Shown: positions 11,978-22,587 of the stretch, one piece after another | Layout of the letters: the number at the start of each line of letters is the position of its first letter | How positions within the stretch are numbered: the first letter of the stretch is position 1 | NCBI GenBank assembly: GCA_002171615.1 | Contig: NHEF01000014.1 | Span: 16,974-80,973, forward strand | Length of the DNA: 64,000 nucleotides | Direction: 5' to 3' | Source of the DNA: Gammaproteobacteria bacterium TMED78 | GTDB taxonomy: Bacteria > Pseudomonadota > Gammaproteobacteria > Steroidobacterales > Rariloculaceae | The notes under the pieces: generated by a model | What the model saw: the letters and a program-made list of their open reading frames with translations, nothing else | What the model was told of the DNA's origin: nothing | The model's database searches: none | Made by a program: the position numbers and the translations under genes

Positions 11978-12295
11978 ATGAATAAAATTAGACAAGGCGA
12001 TGAAGTTGTCGTTACAACTGGAAAAGATAAAGGACAACGTGGTCAAGTTGCTAGAGTCTTGGATGGAGATAGAGTGATTATTGAGGGAATAAATCTAGTT
12101 AAAAAGCATCAAAAGCCAAATCCAAATGCTGGTGTTGCAGGTGGTATTATCGAGAAAGAAATGTCAATTGATATTTCTAATGTAATGCTTTATAACGCTT
12201 CAACAGAAAAACCAGATAGAGTCGGAATTCGAACTTTAGAAGATGGTAAAAAAGTTCGTTTTTTTAAATCAAATGATGAAGTTTTGGATAGCTAG
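11978..12295 (+). CDS. rplX: 50S ribosomal protein L24
   Basis: ATG at 11978 ([19 protein letters not shown] ... KKVRFFKSN). A TTG at 11972 is the alternative start. Confidence 0.96.
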   Translation: MNKIRQGDEVVVTTGKDKGQRGQVARVLDGDRVIIEGINLVKKHQKPNPNAGVAGGIIEKEMSIDISNVMLYNASTEKPDRVGIRTLEDGKKVRFFKSNDEVLDS

Positions 12296-12835
12296 ATGAC
12301 TAGATTAAAAGAATTTTATCTTAAAGAGATAGTGCCTAGCTTAATGGAAAAATTAAGTTTAAAAAATCCAATGGCTGTTCCTCGTATAGATAAAGTTACC
12401 TTAAATATGGGTGTAGGAGAGGCTTTAAATGATAGGAAGGTCCTAGAGCAAGCTACAAATGAATTAAAATTGATTTCAGGTAGACAGCCTATTTTATGTA
12501 AGGCACGGATAAGTGTCGCAACTTTTAAGTTAAGAGCAGGCTTTCCTATTGGTTGTAAAGTAACATTAAGAAGAGATGTTATGTACGAATTTTTAGATCG
12601 TTTAATTAATATAACTATCCCAAGGTTTAGAGATTTTAGAGGGCTTAGTCCAAAGTCTTTCGATGGTTATGGTAATTATAATATAGGAGTTAAGGAGCAG
12701 ATTGTTTTTCCAGAGATTGATTTTGATAAAGTTAGCTCTGTGAGAGGTCTAGATATTGCTATTACAACTTCTGCTAGAGATGATAATGAGGGAAGAATGC
12801 TTTTAGATGCATTCCAGTTTCCAATTAAGAAATAA
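12296..12835 (+). CDS. rplE: 50S ribosomal protein L5
   Basis: 179 aa; starts immediately after the rplX stop. MGVGEA ... GNYNIG motifs. Confidence 0.98.
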   Translation: MTRLKEFYLKEIVPSLMEKLSLKNPMAVPRIDKVTLNMGVGEALNDRKVLEQATNELKLISGRQPILCKARISVATFKLRAGFPIGCKVTLRRDVMYEFLDRLINITIPRFRDFRGLSPKSFDGYGNYNIGVKEQIVFPEIDFDKVSSVRGLDIAITTSARDDNEGRMLLDAFQFPIKK

Positions 12836-12847
12836 TTGAGGCAATAA

Positions 12848-13153
12848 ATGGCAAAAAAATCAATGATAGAACGCGAGATTAAAAGAGTAGCTTTGGCAAA
12901 AAAATATTCTTCTAAAAGGGCTAATTATAAAAAAATAATTTTAGATGTAAATTCAACTGATGAGGAGAAGCATGATGCCCAAATTAAATTGCAATCTTTA
13001 CCTAGAGACTCAAGTCCAAGTAGACAAAGGAATAGATGTTCAATTACAGGTAGGCCTCACGGTTATACAAGAAAATTTGGTTTAGCTAGAAATAAACTGA
13101 GAGAGGGAACAATGAAAGGCGAGATACCAGGTTTATCTAAGGCAAGTTGGTGA
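12848..13153 (+). CDS. rpsN: 30S ribosomal protein S14 (long, non-zinc type)
   Basis: 101 aa, [18 protein letters not shown] ... GLSKASW. Confidence 0.98.
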   Translation: MAKKSMIEREIKRVALAKKYSSKRANYKKIILDVNSTDEEKHDAQIKLQSLPRDSSPSRQRNRCSITGRPHGYTRKFGLARNKLREGTMKGEIPGLSKASW

Positions 13154-13172
13154 TTCAAAGGGAGATTAACTC

Positions 13173-13571
13173 ATGAGTATGACTGATCCAATTTCTGATA
13201 TGTTAACTAGGATTAGAAATGGGCAAATAGCAAGGAAGATTTCTGTAACTATGCCTTCATCTAATGTGAAAGTTGCTATTGCTAATGTCTTAGAGAAAGA
13301 AGGCTATATAGATTCAATAAAGGTGGAAAGTGTAAGTAATAACAAATCTTCTTTGGAGATAGTTCTTAAGTATCATGAAGGAATTCCAGTGATAGAAAAA
13401 ATACAGCGTGCTAGTAGGCCGGGGTTGAGATATTTTTCTAACGTTACAGATTTGCCAAATGTTCAAGGCGGGCTTGGAGTAGCTATTGTGTCAACTTCAA
13501 GTGGCGTTATGAGCGATAGAGAGGCAAGAGATAAAGGCCATGGTGGAGAGATACTATGTTTTGTTTCTTAA
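13173..13571 (+). CDS. rpsH: 30S ribosomal protein S8
   Basis: 132 aa, [17 protein letters not shown]. Confidence 0.98.
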   Translation: MSMTDPISDMLTRIRNGQIARKISVTMPSSNVKVAIANVLEKEGYIDSIKVESVSNNKSSLEIVLKYHEGIPVIEKIQRASRPGLRYFSNVTDLPNVQGGLGVAIVSTSSGVMSDREARDKGHGGEILCFVS

Positions 13572-13598
13572 GAAAAGAAGTAAGAGGATTAGTGATTT

Positions 13599-14132
13599 AT
13601 GTCTAGATTAGCTAAGGTTCCTATAGATGTTGTTAAGGGTGTTGAGGTTACTACTAGTGGCTCAAATATAAGCTTGAAGGGGCCAAAAGGAATCCTTTCT
13701 ATGGATTATCACCCAGAATTAAATGTTACTGTAGTAGAAGATCAAATTAAGATTGAGCTTAAATCTAATAGTAAATTTGCTAAATCTATATCAGGAACTA
13801 CATCAGCACTAATCAAGAATATGATGTTAGGAGTGACGGAAGGCTTTGAAAAAAAATTACAGCTAGTTGGAGTTGGCTATAGAGCGAGTGCCCAAGGCCA
13901 GAAAGTTAATTTAAGCTTAGGATTTTCTCACCCTGTTGTTTATGAGGCACCAGATGGAGTGATTGTAGAGACTCCTTCTCAGACTGAAATAACCGTTAAG
14001 GGCATTGATAGACAGAAAGTAGGGCAGGTGGCCGCTGAAATTAGAAGATATAGACCTCCAGAGCCATATAAAGGTAAAGGAGTTAGGTATGCTGATGAAC
14101 AAATTATTCTTAAGGAAGTTAAGAAACAATAG
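13599..14132 (+). CDS. rplF: 50S ribosomal protein L6
   Basis: 177 aa, MSRLAKVPIDV ... PEPYKGKGVRY. Confidence 0.98.
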   Translation: MSRLAKVPIDVVKGVEVTTSGSNISLKGPKGILSMDYHPELNVTVVEDQIKIELKSNSKFAKSISGTTSALIKNMMLGVTEGFEKKLQLVGVGYRASAQGQKVNLSLGFSHPVVYEAPDGVIVETPSQTEITVKGIDRQKVGQVAAEIRRYRPPEPYKGKGVRYADEQIILKEVKKQ

Positions 14133-14141
14133 GTTATAGCT

Positions 14142-14495
14142 ATGAATAAAAAAGACACAAGAAAAAGAAGAGCAAGAAAGACAAGGGCTAGAATAAAAGG
14201 ATTGGGTATCTTTTCTTTATCTGTTCATAGAACATCTAAGCATATTTATGCTCAGATAATTTCTTCAGACGGAGCTAGCATTGTGGCTACTGCTTCAACG
14301 GTTAGTCAAGCAATTAAGAAGGAGCTTACTTCAACTTCTAATAAAGAGGCCGCTGCTTTAGTTGGCAAACTAATTGCTGAAAGGGGTAAATCTAAGGGCG
14401 TGGAGAAGGTTGCTTTTGATAGGTCAGGATTTAAATATCATGGTCGTGTTAAAGCTCTAGCAGAAGCTGCAAGAGAAGCAGGCTTAAATTTTTAG
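14142..14495 (+). CDS. rplR: 50S ribosomal protein L18
   Basis: 117 aa, basic N-terminus, [24 protein letters not shown]. Confidence 0.98.
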   Translation: MNKKDTRKRRARKTRARIKGLGIFSLSVHRTSKHIYAQIISSDGASIVATASTVSQAIKKELTSTSNKEAAALVGKLIAERGKSKGVEKVAFDRSGFKYHGRVKALAEAAREAGLNF

Positions 14496-14516
14496 TTTTT
14501 TTGAGGTTAATAATAA

Positions 14517-15005
14517 ATGGCAAAAATAGAGGAATTCCAAGAGAAGCTCGTATCAGTAAACCGAGTATCAAAGGTTGTCAAAGGAGGAAGGCAGTTTGGC
14601 TTTACTGCTTTAACTGTTGTAGGTGATGGCGAAGGAAAAATCGGTTACGGATATGGTAAGGCGAGAGAACTCCCTTTGGCTATCCAAAAAGCAATGCAAT
14701 CTGCAAGGAGTAGCGTTCAGAGTGTTAACTTAAAGGAGTCTACACTTCAATATAATTTGAGAGGGAAACATGGGGCAACCAATGTTTTTATGAAACCTGC
14801 ATCTGAAGGAACAGGTATTATTGCTGGAGGTGCAATGAGGGCAGTTTTCGAGTGCGCAGGAGTAAAGAATGTATTGGCAAAAAGTTATGGTTCAAGAAAT
14901 CCAATTAATGTAGTTAAAGCTACTGTAGGCGCTCTAATCAAAATGAGATCACCTGAAGAAATAGCACAAAAGCGTGGTAAATCAGTTAAAGAGATTTCTG
15001 GGTAG
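14517..15005 (+). CDS. rpsE: 30S ribosomal protein S5
   Basis: 162 aa, [16 protein letters not shown]. Confidence 0.98.
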   Translation: MAKIEEFQEKLVSVNRVSKVVKGGRQFGFTALTVVGDGEGKIGYGYGKARELPLAIQKAMQSARSSVQSVNLKESTLQYNLRGKHGATNVFMKPASEGTGIIAGGAMRAVFECAGVKNVLAKSYGSRNPINVVKATVGALIKMRSPEEIAQKRGKSVKEISG

Positions 15006-15014
15006 GATAAAAAT

Positions 15015-15206
15015 ATGAGTATTTCTGACAAAAGATTAAAAGTTACTTTAGTTAAAAGAAAGTTTGGAAGAGCTCCAGGGCATCTTCAGTGTCTTTTAGG
15101 CTTAGGCTTAAAAAAAATACATCAGTCTGTCGAAATCAAAGATACTCCAGAGAATAGAGGAATGATCAATAAAGTATCATATCTCTTAAAGGTTGAGGTC
15201 ATATAG
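15015..15206 (+). CDS. rpmD: 50S ribosomal protein L30
   Basis: 63 aa, [12 protein letters not shown] ... LGLKKIHQ. Position between rpsE and rplO. Confidence 0.95.
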   Translation: MSISDKRLKVTLVKRKFGRAPGHLQCLLGLGLKKIHQSVEIKDTPENRGMINKVSYLLKVEVI

Positions 15207-15659
15207 ATGAAGTTGAATACATTAAAGCCTGCACTTGGCAGTAGAAGAAAGTCTAAGAGAGTCGGGAGAGGCCATTCTGCTGGGCAGGGTAAAACTGCTG
15301 GAAGAGGAATGAAAGGGCAGAAATCAAGATCTGGTGGTTTTAGTAAAGTAGGATTTGAGGGAGGGCAAATGCCTTTACAAAGAAGACTACCTAAAATTGG
15401 TTTCTATTCAAGAGGGGCGTATTTAAAAGAAGAAGTTAGGCTACATGAACTATCTTTAGTTGAAAAAGGTGATATTAATTTAGAAAGTTTAAAAAATGCA
15501 AAGTTGATTTCAGCAAAAACAAAGCAAGTAAAGATAATACTTTCTGGCAAGCTAGATAAGGTAGTAACAGTAGATAAAGAGATTAAAGTAACAGCAGGAG
15601 CAAGGAAGGCAATTGAGGATCTAGGCGGGAAAGTCGATCTGGAGGCTAATGATGGCTAA
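15207..15659 (+). CDS. rplO: 50S ribosomal protein L15
   Basis: 150 aa, [22 protein letters not shown]. Confidence 0.98.
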   Translation: MKLNTLKPALGSRRKSKRVGRGHSAGQGKTAGRGMKGQKSRSGGFSKVGFEGGQMPLQRRLPKIGFYSRGAYLKEEVRLHELSLVEKGDINLESLKNAKLISAKTKQVKIILSGKLDKVVTVDKEIKVTAGARKAIEDLGGKVDLEANDG

Positions 15660-16977
15660 ATCAAATCCGGTTAATCCAGCTACTATGCTAGGAGAGGCAT
15701 CAAGATTTACCGAGCTTCGCCAGAGAGTATTTTTTCTTTTAGGCGCTCTTGTCGTTTATAGAATAGGGACGTTTATTCCAGTTCCTGGAATAGATCCTTT
15801 AGCTCTAGAACAATTTTTTGAGCAGCAATCAGGGACAATATTAAGTATGTTTAACATGTTCTCGGGCGGCGCTTTGTCAAGACTTTCGTTATTTGCTCTG
15901 GGCATTATGCCCTATATTTCTGCTTCAATTATTATGCAGATGGCTACTCATGTTGTTCCTAGCTTAGGACAGATTCGTAAGGAAGGTGAGTCAGGAAGAA
16001 GAAAGATTACTCAGTACACAAGATATGGAACTGTAATTTTATGCTCTTTTCAATCTGTAGCTGCAGCTACCGCTCTTCAAAATCAAAATGTCGTAATTAA
16101 TCCAGGCACTAGTTTTATACTAACTGCGGCGGTAACTTTAGTAACTGGAACGATGTTTTTGATGTGGCTAGGCGAACAAATAACAGAAAGAGGTATTGGA
16201 AATGGTATTTCAATGATTATCTTAGCAAGTATAATTTCAGGTTTGCCATCTGCTATAGGAGGAACTCTAGAGCTTGTTGGTACAGGAGGGATGAATCAGG
16301 CCATGCCTTTCGTTCTTGGTATTTTATTTCTAGGAGTAACTTTCTTTGTTGTTTATATGGAGAGAGCTCAAAGACGAATTACTGTAAATTATGCTAAACG
16401 TCAGCAGGGCAGAAGAATGTATGCTGGCCAAACATCCCATTTGCCATTTAAAATAAATATGTCCGGTGTAATTCCCCCTATTTTTGCTTCTAGTCTTATT
16501 CTTTTTCCGGCTACTATTGCTAGCTGGTTTGGCACTAGCCAGTCTGTCTCCTGGCTTCAATTAGTTGCTGCTAGATTATCACCTGGCCAGCCTCTTTATA
16601 TTGCTATCTATGCCGGATTAATTATGTTCTTTTGTTTTTTTTATACTGCTTTGGTTTTTAATGCGAAGGAAACAGCTGATAATCTAAAGAAGTCAGGAGC
16701 CTTTATTCCAGGTGTAAGGCCAGGACAACAGACTGCAGATTATATTGATAAGGTTTTAACTAAGTTAACCTTCTGGGGGGCTATCTATATAACAGCTGTT
16801 TGCTTGCTTCCAGAGTTTATGATTTTAAATTTTAATATTCCTTTTTATTTTGGAGGTACATCTTTATTGATTATTGTAGTTGTAACAATGGATTTTATGT
16901 CACAACTCCAGGCACATATGATGAGTCATCAATATGAAGGATTACTAAAAAAAGCTAATCTTCATGGCATGAGATAA
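15649..16977 (+). CDS. secY: Preprotein translocase subunit SecY
   Basis: 442 aa, polytopic membrane protein. [27 protein letters not shown] and [17 protein letters not shown] motifs. The start overlaps the rplO end by 11 nt. Confidence 0.98.
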   Translation: MMAKSNPVNPATMLGEASRFTELRQRVFFLLGALVVYRIGTFIPVPGIDPLALEQFFEQQSGTILSMFNMFSGGALSRLSLFALGIMPYISASIIMQMATHVVPSLGQIRKEGESGRRKITQYTRYGTVILCSFQSVAAATALQNQNVVINPGTSFILTAAVTLVTGTMFLMWLGEQITERGIGNGISMIILASIISGLPSAIGGTLELVGTGGMNQAMPFVLGILFLGVTFFVVYMERAQRRITVNYAKRQQGRRMYAGQTSHLPFKINMSGVIPPIFASSLILFPATIASWFGTSQSVSWLQLVAARLSPGQPLYIAIYAGLIMFFCFFYTALVFNAKETADNLKKSGAFIPGVRPGQQTADYIDKVLTKLTFWGAIYITAVCLLPEFMILNFNIPFYFGGTSLLIIVVVTMDFMSQLQAHMMSHQYEGLLKKANLHGMR

Positions 16978-16990
16978 TTTTGGATAGGAT

Positions 16991-17107
16991 ATGAAAGTTA
17001 GAGCTTCAGTAAAAAAAATATGTAGGAATTGTAAAATTATTCGCCGAAAGGGCGTTCTAAGGGTTATATGTACTACAGATAAAAGACATAAACAAAGACA
17101 AGGATGA
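16991..17107 (+). CDS. rpmJ: 50S ribosomal protein L36 (absent from the supplied ORF track because it is under 60 aa)
   Basis: My translation: [38 protein letters not shown], stop TGA at 17105-17107. GGATAGGA Shine-Dalgarno-like sequence upstream. Canonical slot between secY and rpsM. Confidence 0.95.
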   Translation: MKVRASVKKICRNCKIIRRKGVLRVICTTDKRHKQRQG

Positions 17108-17116
17108 GGTAGAGGA

Positions 17117-17473
17117 ATGGCACGGATAGCAGGTATTAATATTCCTGAAAATAAACAGGTATTTATAGCTTTGACTCATATTTTTGGTATTGGTGTAAAT
17201 AGAGCACGATTGACCTGTAAAATTGCAGAGCTTGATCCAACTATTAAAGTTAAAGATCTGAGCGAAGGTGAGGTTTCTAAGCTTAGAGATATTATTGCCA
17301 AGTTTCCAGTTGAAGGTGATCTTAGGCGTGAAACAGCATTGAATATCAAGAGATTATTAGATTTAGGGTGCTATAGAGGTATTAGACATAGAAGAGGTCT
17401 GCCTTTAAATGGACAAAGGACAAAGACAAATGCGAGAACAAGAAAGGGTCCAAGACGTCCGGTTAGGAAATAG
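17117..17473 (+). CDS. rpsM: 30S ribosomal protein S13
   Basis: 118 aa, [13 protein letters not shown]. Confidence 0.98.
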   Translation: MARIAGINIPENKQVFIALTHIFGIGVNRARLTCKIAELDPTIKVKDLSEGEVSKLRDIIAKFPVEGDLRRETALNIKRLLDLGCYRGIRHRRGLPLNGQRTKTNARTRKGPRRPVRK

Positions 17474-17502
17474 TTATTTTAGTATTTTGTTAAGGAGAAA
17501 AT

Positions 17503-17892
17503 ATGGCTCAACAGCCTACGAGTGTTAAGAAAAAAGGAAATAGACAGGTATTGGATGCTATAGCACATATCCATGCTTCTTTTAATAATACGATTATTAC
17601 TATTTCTGATCGTCAAGGAAATGTTCTTTCTTGGGCTACAGCTGGTGGTTGTGGTTTTAGGGGATCAAGAAAAAGTACACCATTTGCAGCCCAGGTAGCT
17701 TCTGAGAAAGCAGGTAATGCAGCTAAAGATTATGGTGTCAAAAATTTAGAGGTAAGAGTAAAAGGGCCAGGCCCTGGAAGAGAGTCGGCCGTAAGAGCTT
17801 TGAGTGTAGCTGGCTTTAAGGTAACTAAAATAGATGATGTTACTCCTATTCCTCATAATGGTTGTCGTCCTTCTAAGAGACGACGTGTATAA
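17503..17892 (+). CDS. rpsK: 30S ribosomal protein S11
   Basis: 129 aa, [15 protein letters not shown] ... [13 protein letters not shown]. Confidence 0.98.
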   Translation: MAQQPTSVKKKGNRQVLDAIAHIHASFNNTIITISDRQGNVLSWATAGGCGFRGSRKSTPFAAQVASEKAGNAAKDYGVKNLEVRVKGPGPGRESAVRALSVAGFKVTKIDDVTPIPHNGCRPSKRRRV

Positions 17893-17910
17893 CTAAAAGG
17901 ATATAAAGAT

Positions 17911-18531
17911 ATGGCAAGATATACAGGTCCAAAAAGTAAACTGTCTAGAAGAGAGGGCACTGATTTATTTCTTAATAGTGGTATAAGGCCTCTTGAGACA
18001 AAGTGTAAAATTGATGTTCCGCCAGGAGGTCAAGGTAAAAGGAGGGCTAGGCTATCAGATTATGGCCTACAACTTCGTGAGAAACAAAAATTAAGAAGAA
18101 TGTATGGCATTCTTGAAAGACAGTTTAGAAATTATTATAAAAAAGCTGCTAGAGGAAGAGGGTCTACTGGTGAGAATCTTCTAAGAATGCTTGAATCTAG
18201 ACTCGATAATGTAGTCTATAGGATGGGCTTTGCTTCAACTAGAGCAGAAGCACGACAATTAGTTAGCCATAAAGGTATAAAGGTAAATGAGGGTATAGTT
18301 AACATCCCCTCATACCAGCTTAAGGCTGGTGATAAAATTTCAATAAGAGATAGGGCTAAAACCCAAATGAGAATAAAGGCCGCGCTAGACATTGCCTCTC
18401 AGGTAGGTATGCCAGATTGGGTTGAGGTAGATGATAAGAAGATGGAAGGTACTTTGAGGTCGTTGCCTGAGAGAGAAGAGATTCTCCCTGATATCAACGA
18501 AAATTTAGTCGTTGAGCTTTATTCTAAGTAA
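17911..18531 (+). CDS. rpsD: 30S ribosomal protein S4
   Basis: 206 aa, [16 protein letters not shown], with an S4 RNA-binding domain. Confidence 0.98.
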   Translation: MARYTGPKSKLSRREGTDLFLNSGIRPLETKCKIDVPPGGQGKRRARLSDYGLQLREKQKLRRMYGILERQFRNYYKKAARGRGSTGENLLRMLESRLDNVVYRMGFASTRAEARQLVSHKGIKVNEGIVNIPSYQLKAGDKISIRDRAKTQMRIKAALDIASQVGMPDWVEVDDKKMEGTLRSLPEREEILPDINENLVVELYSK

Positions 18532-18550
18532 ATAAAAAAAGGAAAATGAA

Positions 18551-19564
18551 ATGGAACAATTAGCAAATGAGTTTTTGAGACCTAAGGGAGTTAAGGTCCA
18601 GTCTTTTGAAGAGAATCACGCAAAGGTTGTTATAGAACCTTTCGAGAGAGGTTTTGGACATACGCTAGGTAATGCTTTAAGGAGAGTTCTTTTGTCTTCT
18701 TTGCCTGGAGCCGCAATTGTAGAAGTTGAAATTGAGGGTGCTCTCCATGAGTATACGACTATTCAAGGAGTTAATGAGGACTTAGTAGATATACTTCTAA
18801 ACTTAAAGGATGTTGCAATAAAGATGGATTCTAAAAAGACAGTAGATTTAAAGCTTAGCAAGAAAGGCCCAGGCAAGGTAACAGCTGGAGATATCATCTG
18901 TGATCATGATCTAGAGATAATGAATCCTGAACATGTAATAGCTAATCTTACAGAAGAAGGTGAGATTAATGCAATTTTAAAAATTGATCATGGAAGAGGA
19001 TATAGACCAGCTAAAAAAGAGCCTTATGATGATGAGGCTACTGCTCAGATAGGAAGGCTTCAACTAGATGCAACATTCAGTCCTATTAAGAAAGTGACAT
19101 ACAATGTCGAAAGTGCAAGGGTGGAACAAAGAACTGATCTTGATAAGTTAATAGTAGATATAGAAACAGATGGAACTATTGATCCAGAGGATGCGATAAG
19201 AAGAGCTGGAAGTATACTGAAGGGCCAGCTTGATGTTTTTGTTGATCTTGAGACAGAAGATGAAACAAGTTTAGAAGAGGAAGAGGTTTTCATAGAGCCA
19301 GCTTTATTGAGACCAGTTGATGAGCTGGAGTTAACAGTTAGATCAGCCAATTGTTTAAAAGCTGAACAGATTAATTATATTGGTGATCTTGTTCAGAGAA
19401 CGGAAGTAGAGCTATTAAGGACCCCAAATCTTGGTAAGAAATCTTTAACTGAGATTAAAGAGGTTCTTTCAAAGCACGGCTTAACTTTGGGTATGATGTT
19501 AGAAAACTGGCCTCCTGCTGATCTTTACAAAGATACAGTTATGGCACCTCCAACTTCTCTTTAG
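18551..19564 (+). CDS. rpoA: RNA polymerase alpha subunit
   Basis: 337 aa, [17 protein letters not shown] in the N-terminal domain. The C-terminal domain has [23 protein letters not shown]. Confidence 0.98.
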   Translation: MEQLANEFLRPKGVKVQSFEENHAKVVIEPFERGFGHTLGNALRRVLLSSLPGAAIVEVEIEGALHEYTTIQGVNEDLVDILLNLKDVAIKMDSKKTVDLKLSKKGPGKVTAGDIICDHDLEIMNPEHVIANLTEEGEINAILKIDHGRGYRPAKKEPYDDEATAQIGRLQLDATFSPIKKVTYNVESARVEQRTDLDKLIVDIETDGTIDPEDAIRRAGSILKGQLDVFVDLETEDETSLEEEEVFIEPALLRPVDELELTVRSANCLKAEQINYIGDLVQRTEVELLRTPNLGKKSLTEIKEVLSKHGLTLGMMLENWPPADLYKDTVMAPPTSL

Positions 19565-19586
19565 TAAATTTGGATTGAGATAAAAA

Positions 19587-19961
19587 ATGCGCCATAGAAA
19601 ATCAGGAAGGAGACTAGGAAGAAATTCATCTCATAGGAAGGCCATGTATAGAAATATGGTATCTTCTCTTATCGAGTATGAAACAATTAAAACTACTTTA
19701 CCTAAGGCTAAAGAACTAAGAAGAGTTATCGAGCCTTTGATCACTATGGCAAAACAGGATGGAGTCTCAAGACGAAGACTTGTTTTCTCAAGACTAAGAG
19801 ATCAGAAGGCAGTAGGTAAGTTATTTAATGAATTAGGACCAAGATATAAAGATAGACCTGGTGGATATCTTAGAATCTTAAAAATGGGGATTAGATCTGG
19901 TGATGCAGCCCCAATGGCTTTGGTACAGCTATTAGATCAACCAGAGGATTTACCAATATAA
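19587..19961 (+). CDS. rplQ: 50S ribosomal protein L17
   Basis: 124 aa, [20 protein letters not shown]. Confidence 0.98.
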   Translation: MRHRKSGRRLGRNSSHRKAMYRNMVSSLIEYETIKTTLPKAKELRRVIEPLITMAKQDGVSRRRLVFSRLRDQKAVGKLFNELGPRYKDRPGGYLRILKMGIRSGDAAPMALVQLLDQPEDLPI

Positions 19962-19990
19962 AAGATTTTCTAGCAAATGGAAGTAATGGG

Positions 19991-21580
19991 ATGGTAGCAA
20001 CTAGTCATCCTATAGCAACAGAAGTAGCTTTAAATATTCTAAAAAGATCTGGTAGTGCTGTCGATGCTGCGATAGCAGCAAATGCCATTCTTGGCTTAAT
20101 GGAGCCTACTGGAGCTGGTATTGGCGGCGATCTATTTGCAATAGTTTGGGATGCTAAATCATCAAAGATGCATGGTCTAAATGCTAGTGGAAAATCACCT
20201 AAATTACTTACTCTAGAAAAATTATCATCTCTAGGTTTAAAGAAAATGCCTACTGATGGATTTATACCAATTACAGTTCCTGGCACTGTTGATGGCTGGT
20301 TCACGTTACATGATAAATTTGGGAAGTTAGACTTTAATGAAATCTTAGAGCCTTCAATTTATTTTGGAAAAAATGGATTTTACTTAACAGAAGTAATTTC
20401 AAGCGAATGGGACCTAGAGCTAAATAGGTTAGGTAATTTTCCTAGATTCAAATCTACATATGCTCCCGGAGGTTTTAAGCCTAAATTAGGAGCTTTTTTT
20501 AAAAATCCGATGCTTTCCAATACCTATGACCTTATTGCTAAAAATGGCAGGGATATCTTTTATGAGGGTTTCTTAGCAGATAAGATAGATAATTTCATGC
20601 GGAGGAATGGAGGATATTTAAGAAAAGATGATTTGTCTAGTCATAGATCAGAGTGGGTTGATCCAATCTCTACAAGCTATAAAGGTTACGATATATGGGA
20701 GTTACCACCAAATAGTCAAGGGCTAACTGTTTTACAGATCTTAAATTTACTTGAAAATTTTAAGCTAGATAATATAAGTTGGGGGTCAGCCGAACATATA
20801 CATCTTATGGTAGAAGCAAAGAAGATAGCATTTGAAGATAGAGCTTTTTATTATTCAGATCCAGAGTTCTCAAATATTCCAATAAAGCATTTAATTTCAA
20901 AAAAATACTCATTATCTAGGGCTGATCTAATAGATTTAAATAAGGCATCTAGATCACTTAGATATGGAGATCCAGAGCAATTATCGAAGGGAGATACTGT
21001 ATTTTTAACAGTTGCAGATAGAAATGGCAATATGGTCTCTTTAATTCAAAGTAATTTTAGAGGTATGGGTTCAGGTATTATTCCAGATGATTTAGGATTT
21101 GTTTTTCATAATAGAGGAGAGTTATTTAATTTGAATAGAGGCCATTCAAATGTTTATTCTGACTCAAAGAGACCTTTCCACACAATTATTCCTGCTTTTG
21201 TTACTAAAGATAACGAGCCTTATATGAGTTTTGGAGTTATGGGAGCTGATATGCAACCACAGGGCCAGGTTCAAATCCTTACTAATCACATAGATTTTGG
21301 GATGGATATTCAGAAAGCAGGTGATATGCCAAGATTCCGCCATGAAGGATCTAGTAGTCCGACAGGGCACAAAATGACTGATGGAGGAAATATTATTTTA
21401 GAACCTGGTTTTGATGATAAAGTTGTGAACTCTCTCAAAAAGATGGGGCATAATGTATCTTTTAACAAAAGAGGCGGACCATTATTTGGTGGTTATCAGG
21501 CAATACTTTTAGATCAAAATAAAAAAATGTACTATGGTGCTTCTGAATCTAGAAAAGATGGTTATGCCAAAGGCTATTAG
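19991..21580 (+). CDS. Gamma-glutamyltransferase-family (Ntn hydrolase) protein without a signal peptide
   Basis: 529 aa. Begins directly at the conserved MVATSHPIATEVALNILKRSGSAVDAAIAAN core. Candidate autoprocessing Thr in KGDTVFLTVADRNGNMVS. GADMQPQGQVQIL and GGYQAI motifs. No in-frame start further upstream. Confidence 0.85.
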   Translation: MVATSHPIATEVALNILKRSGSAVDAAIAANAILGLMEPTGAGIGGDLFAIVWDAKSSKMHGLNASGKSPKLLTLEKLSSLGLKKMPTDGFIPITVPGTVDGWFTLHDKFGKLDFNEILEPSIYFGKNGFYLTEVISSEWDLELNRLGNFPRFKSTYAPGGFKPKLGAFFKNPMLSNTYDLIAKNGRDIFYEGFLADKIDNFMRRNGGYLRKDDLSSHRSEWVDPISTSYKGYDIWELPPNSQGLTVLQILNLLENFKLDNISWGSAEHIHLMVEAKKIAFEDRAFYYSDPEFSNIPIKHLISKKYSLSRADLIDLNKASRSLRYGDPEQLSKGDTVFLTVADRNGNMVSLIQSNFRGMGSGIIPDDLGFVFHNRGELFNLNRGHSNVYSDSKRPFHTIIPAFVTKDNEPYMSFGVMGADMQPQGQVQILTNHIDFGMDIQKAGDMPRFRHEGSSSPTGHKMTDGGNIILEPGFDDKVVNSLKKMGHNVSFNKRGGPLFGGYQAILLDQNKKMYYGASESRKDGYAKGY

Positions 21581-21582
21581 AA

Positions 21583-22587
21583 GTGAAGGATAAAATTTTA
21601 ACAGGAGTAACAACAACAGGTGTTCCGCATCTAGGGAATTATGTTGGAGCTATGTTACCTGCTATAAAGGCTAGCAAGTATGAAAATACAGAAAGTTTTT
21701 TTCTTATAGCTGATTATCACTCTTTAGTGAAAAATAAAGAAGCTAAAAAAATTAAAGATTCGACCTTAGAAATAGCCGCTAGCTGGCTGGCTGTCGGCCT
21801 TGATGATAATAGCTTATTTTACCGTCAGTCTGATATACCTGAGATAATGGAGCTTAATTGGATATTATCTTGCTCAACAGCTAAAGGGCTGATGAATAGG
21901 GCTCATGCATATAAATCGCTTATTAACCAAAATCAAGATTTAGATGATAGAGACGTAGATAAGGGTATAAATATGGGGCTATATTGTTATCCAATTTTAA
22001 TGGCTGCAGATATTTTAATTTTTAATGCTAACAAGATTCCTGTTGGCAAGGACCAGTTGCAGCATATTGAGATGACAAGGGATATAGCAAATAGATTTAA
22101 TTATCATTATGGTGATATTTTTGAATTACCTCAGGCTATCCTAGGCGATCAAAATTCAATTATTCCTGGTATTGATGGTAGAAAAATGTCTAAAAGTTAC
22201 AGTAATACAATACCCCTATTTATTGATGAGAAGAGATTAAAAAAACTTGTAATGAGAATTAAGACTGACTCTAAAGAGCCTGGAGAACCTAAGGATTATT
22301 CATCTAGTAATCTTTTTTCTATTTTCAAATCTTTCGCAAGGCAAGAAGAGGTTAGTGATTATAAGGAAAAATTTAAAAATGGGATTTCATGGGGGGATGC
22401 AAAAAATATATTATTTGATCATCTCAATGATCATCTTAAGGGCTATAGAGAAAATTATAATAAGATTATTAGAGATAAAGGATGTATTGAAAATATTCTT
22501 AAAGAAGGCTCTATTAAAGCTAGAGAGATTAGTACTAAAAATTTAGAAAAAATAAGATCGGCTATAGGGATAAAAAAAATATCTTAA
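21583..22587 (+). CDS. trpS: Tryptophan--tRNA ligase
   Basis: 334 aa with a GTG start. HIGH-type motif [10 protein letters not shown] and KMSKS. The size and sequence fit class-I TrpRS. Confidence 0.93.
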   Translation: MKDKILTGVTTTGVPHLGNYVGAMLPAIKASKYENTESFFLIADYHSLVKNKEAKKIKDSTLEIAASWLAVGLDDNSLFYRQSDIPEIMELNWILSCSTAKGLMNRAHAYKSLINQNQDLDDRDVDKGINMGLYCYPILMAADILIFNANKIPVGKDQLQHIEMTRDIANRFNYHYGDIFELPQAILGDQNSIIPGIDGRKMSKSYSNTIPLFIDEKRLKKLVMRIKTDSKEPGEPKDYSSSNLFSIFKSFARQEEVSDYKEKFKNGISWGDAKNILFDHLNDHLKGYRENYNKIIRDKGCIENILKEGSIKAREISTKNLEKIRSAIGIKKIS

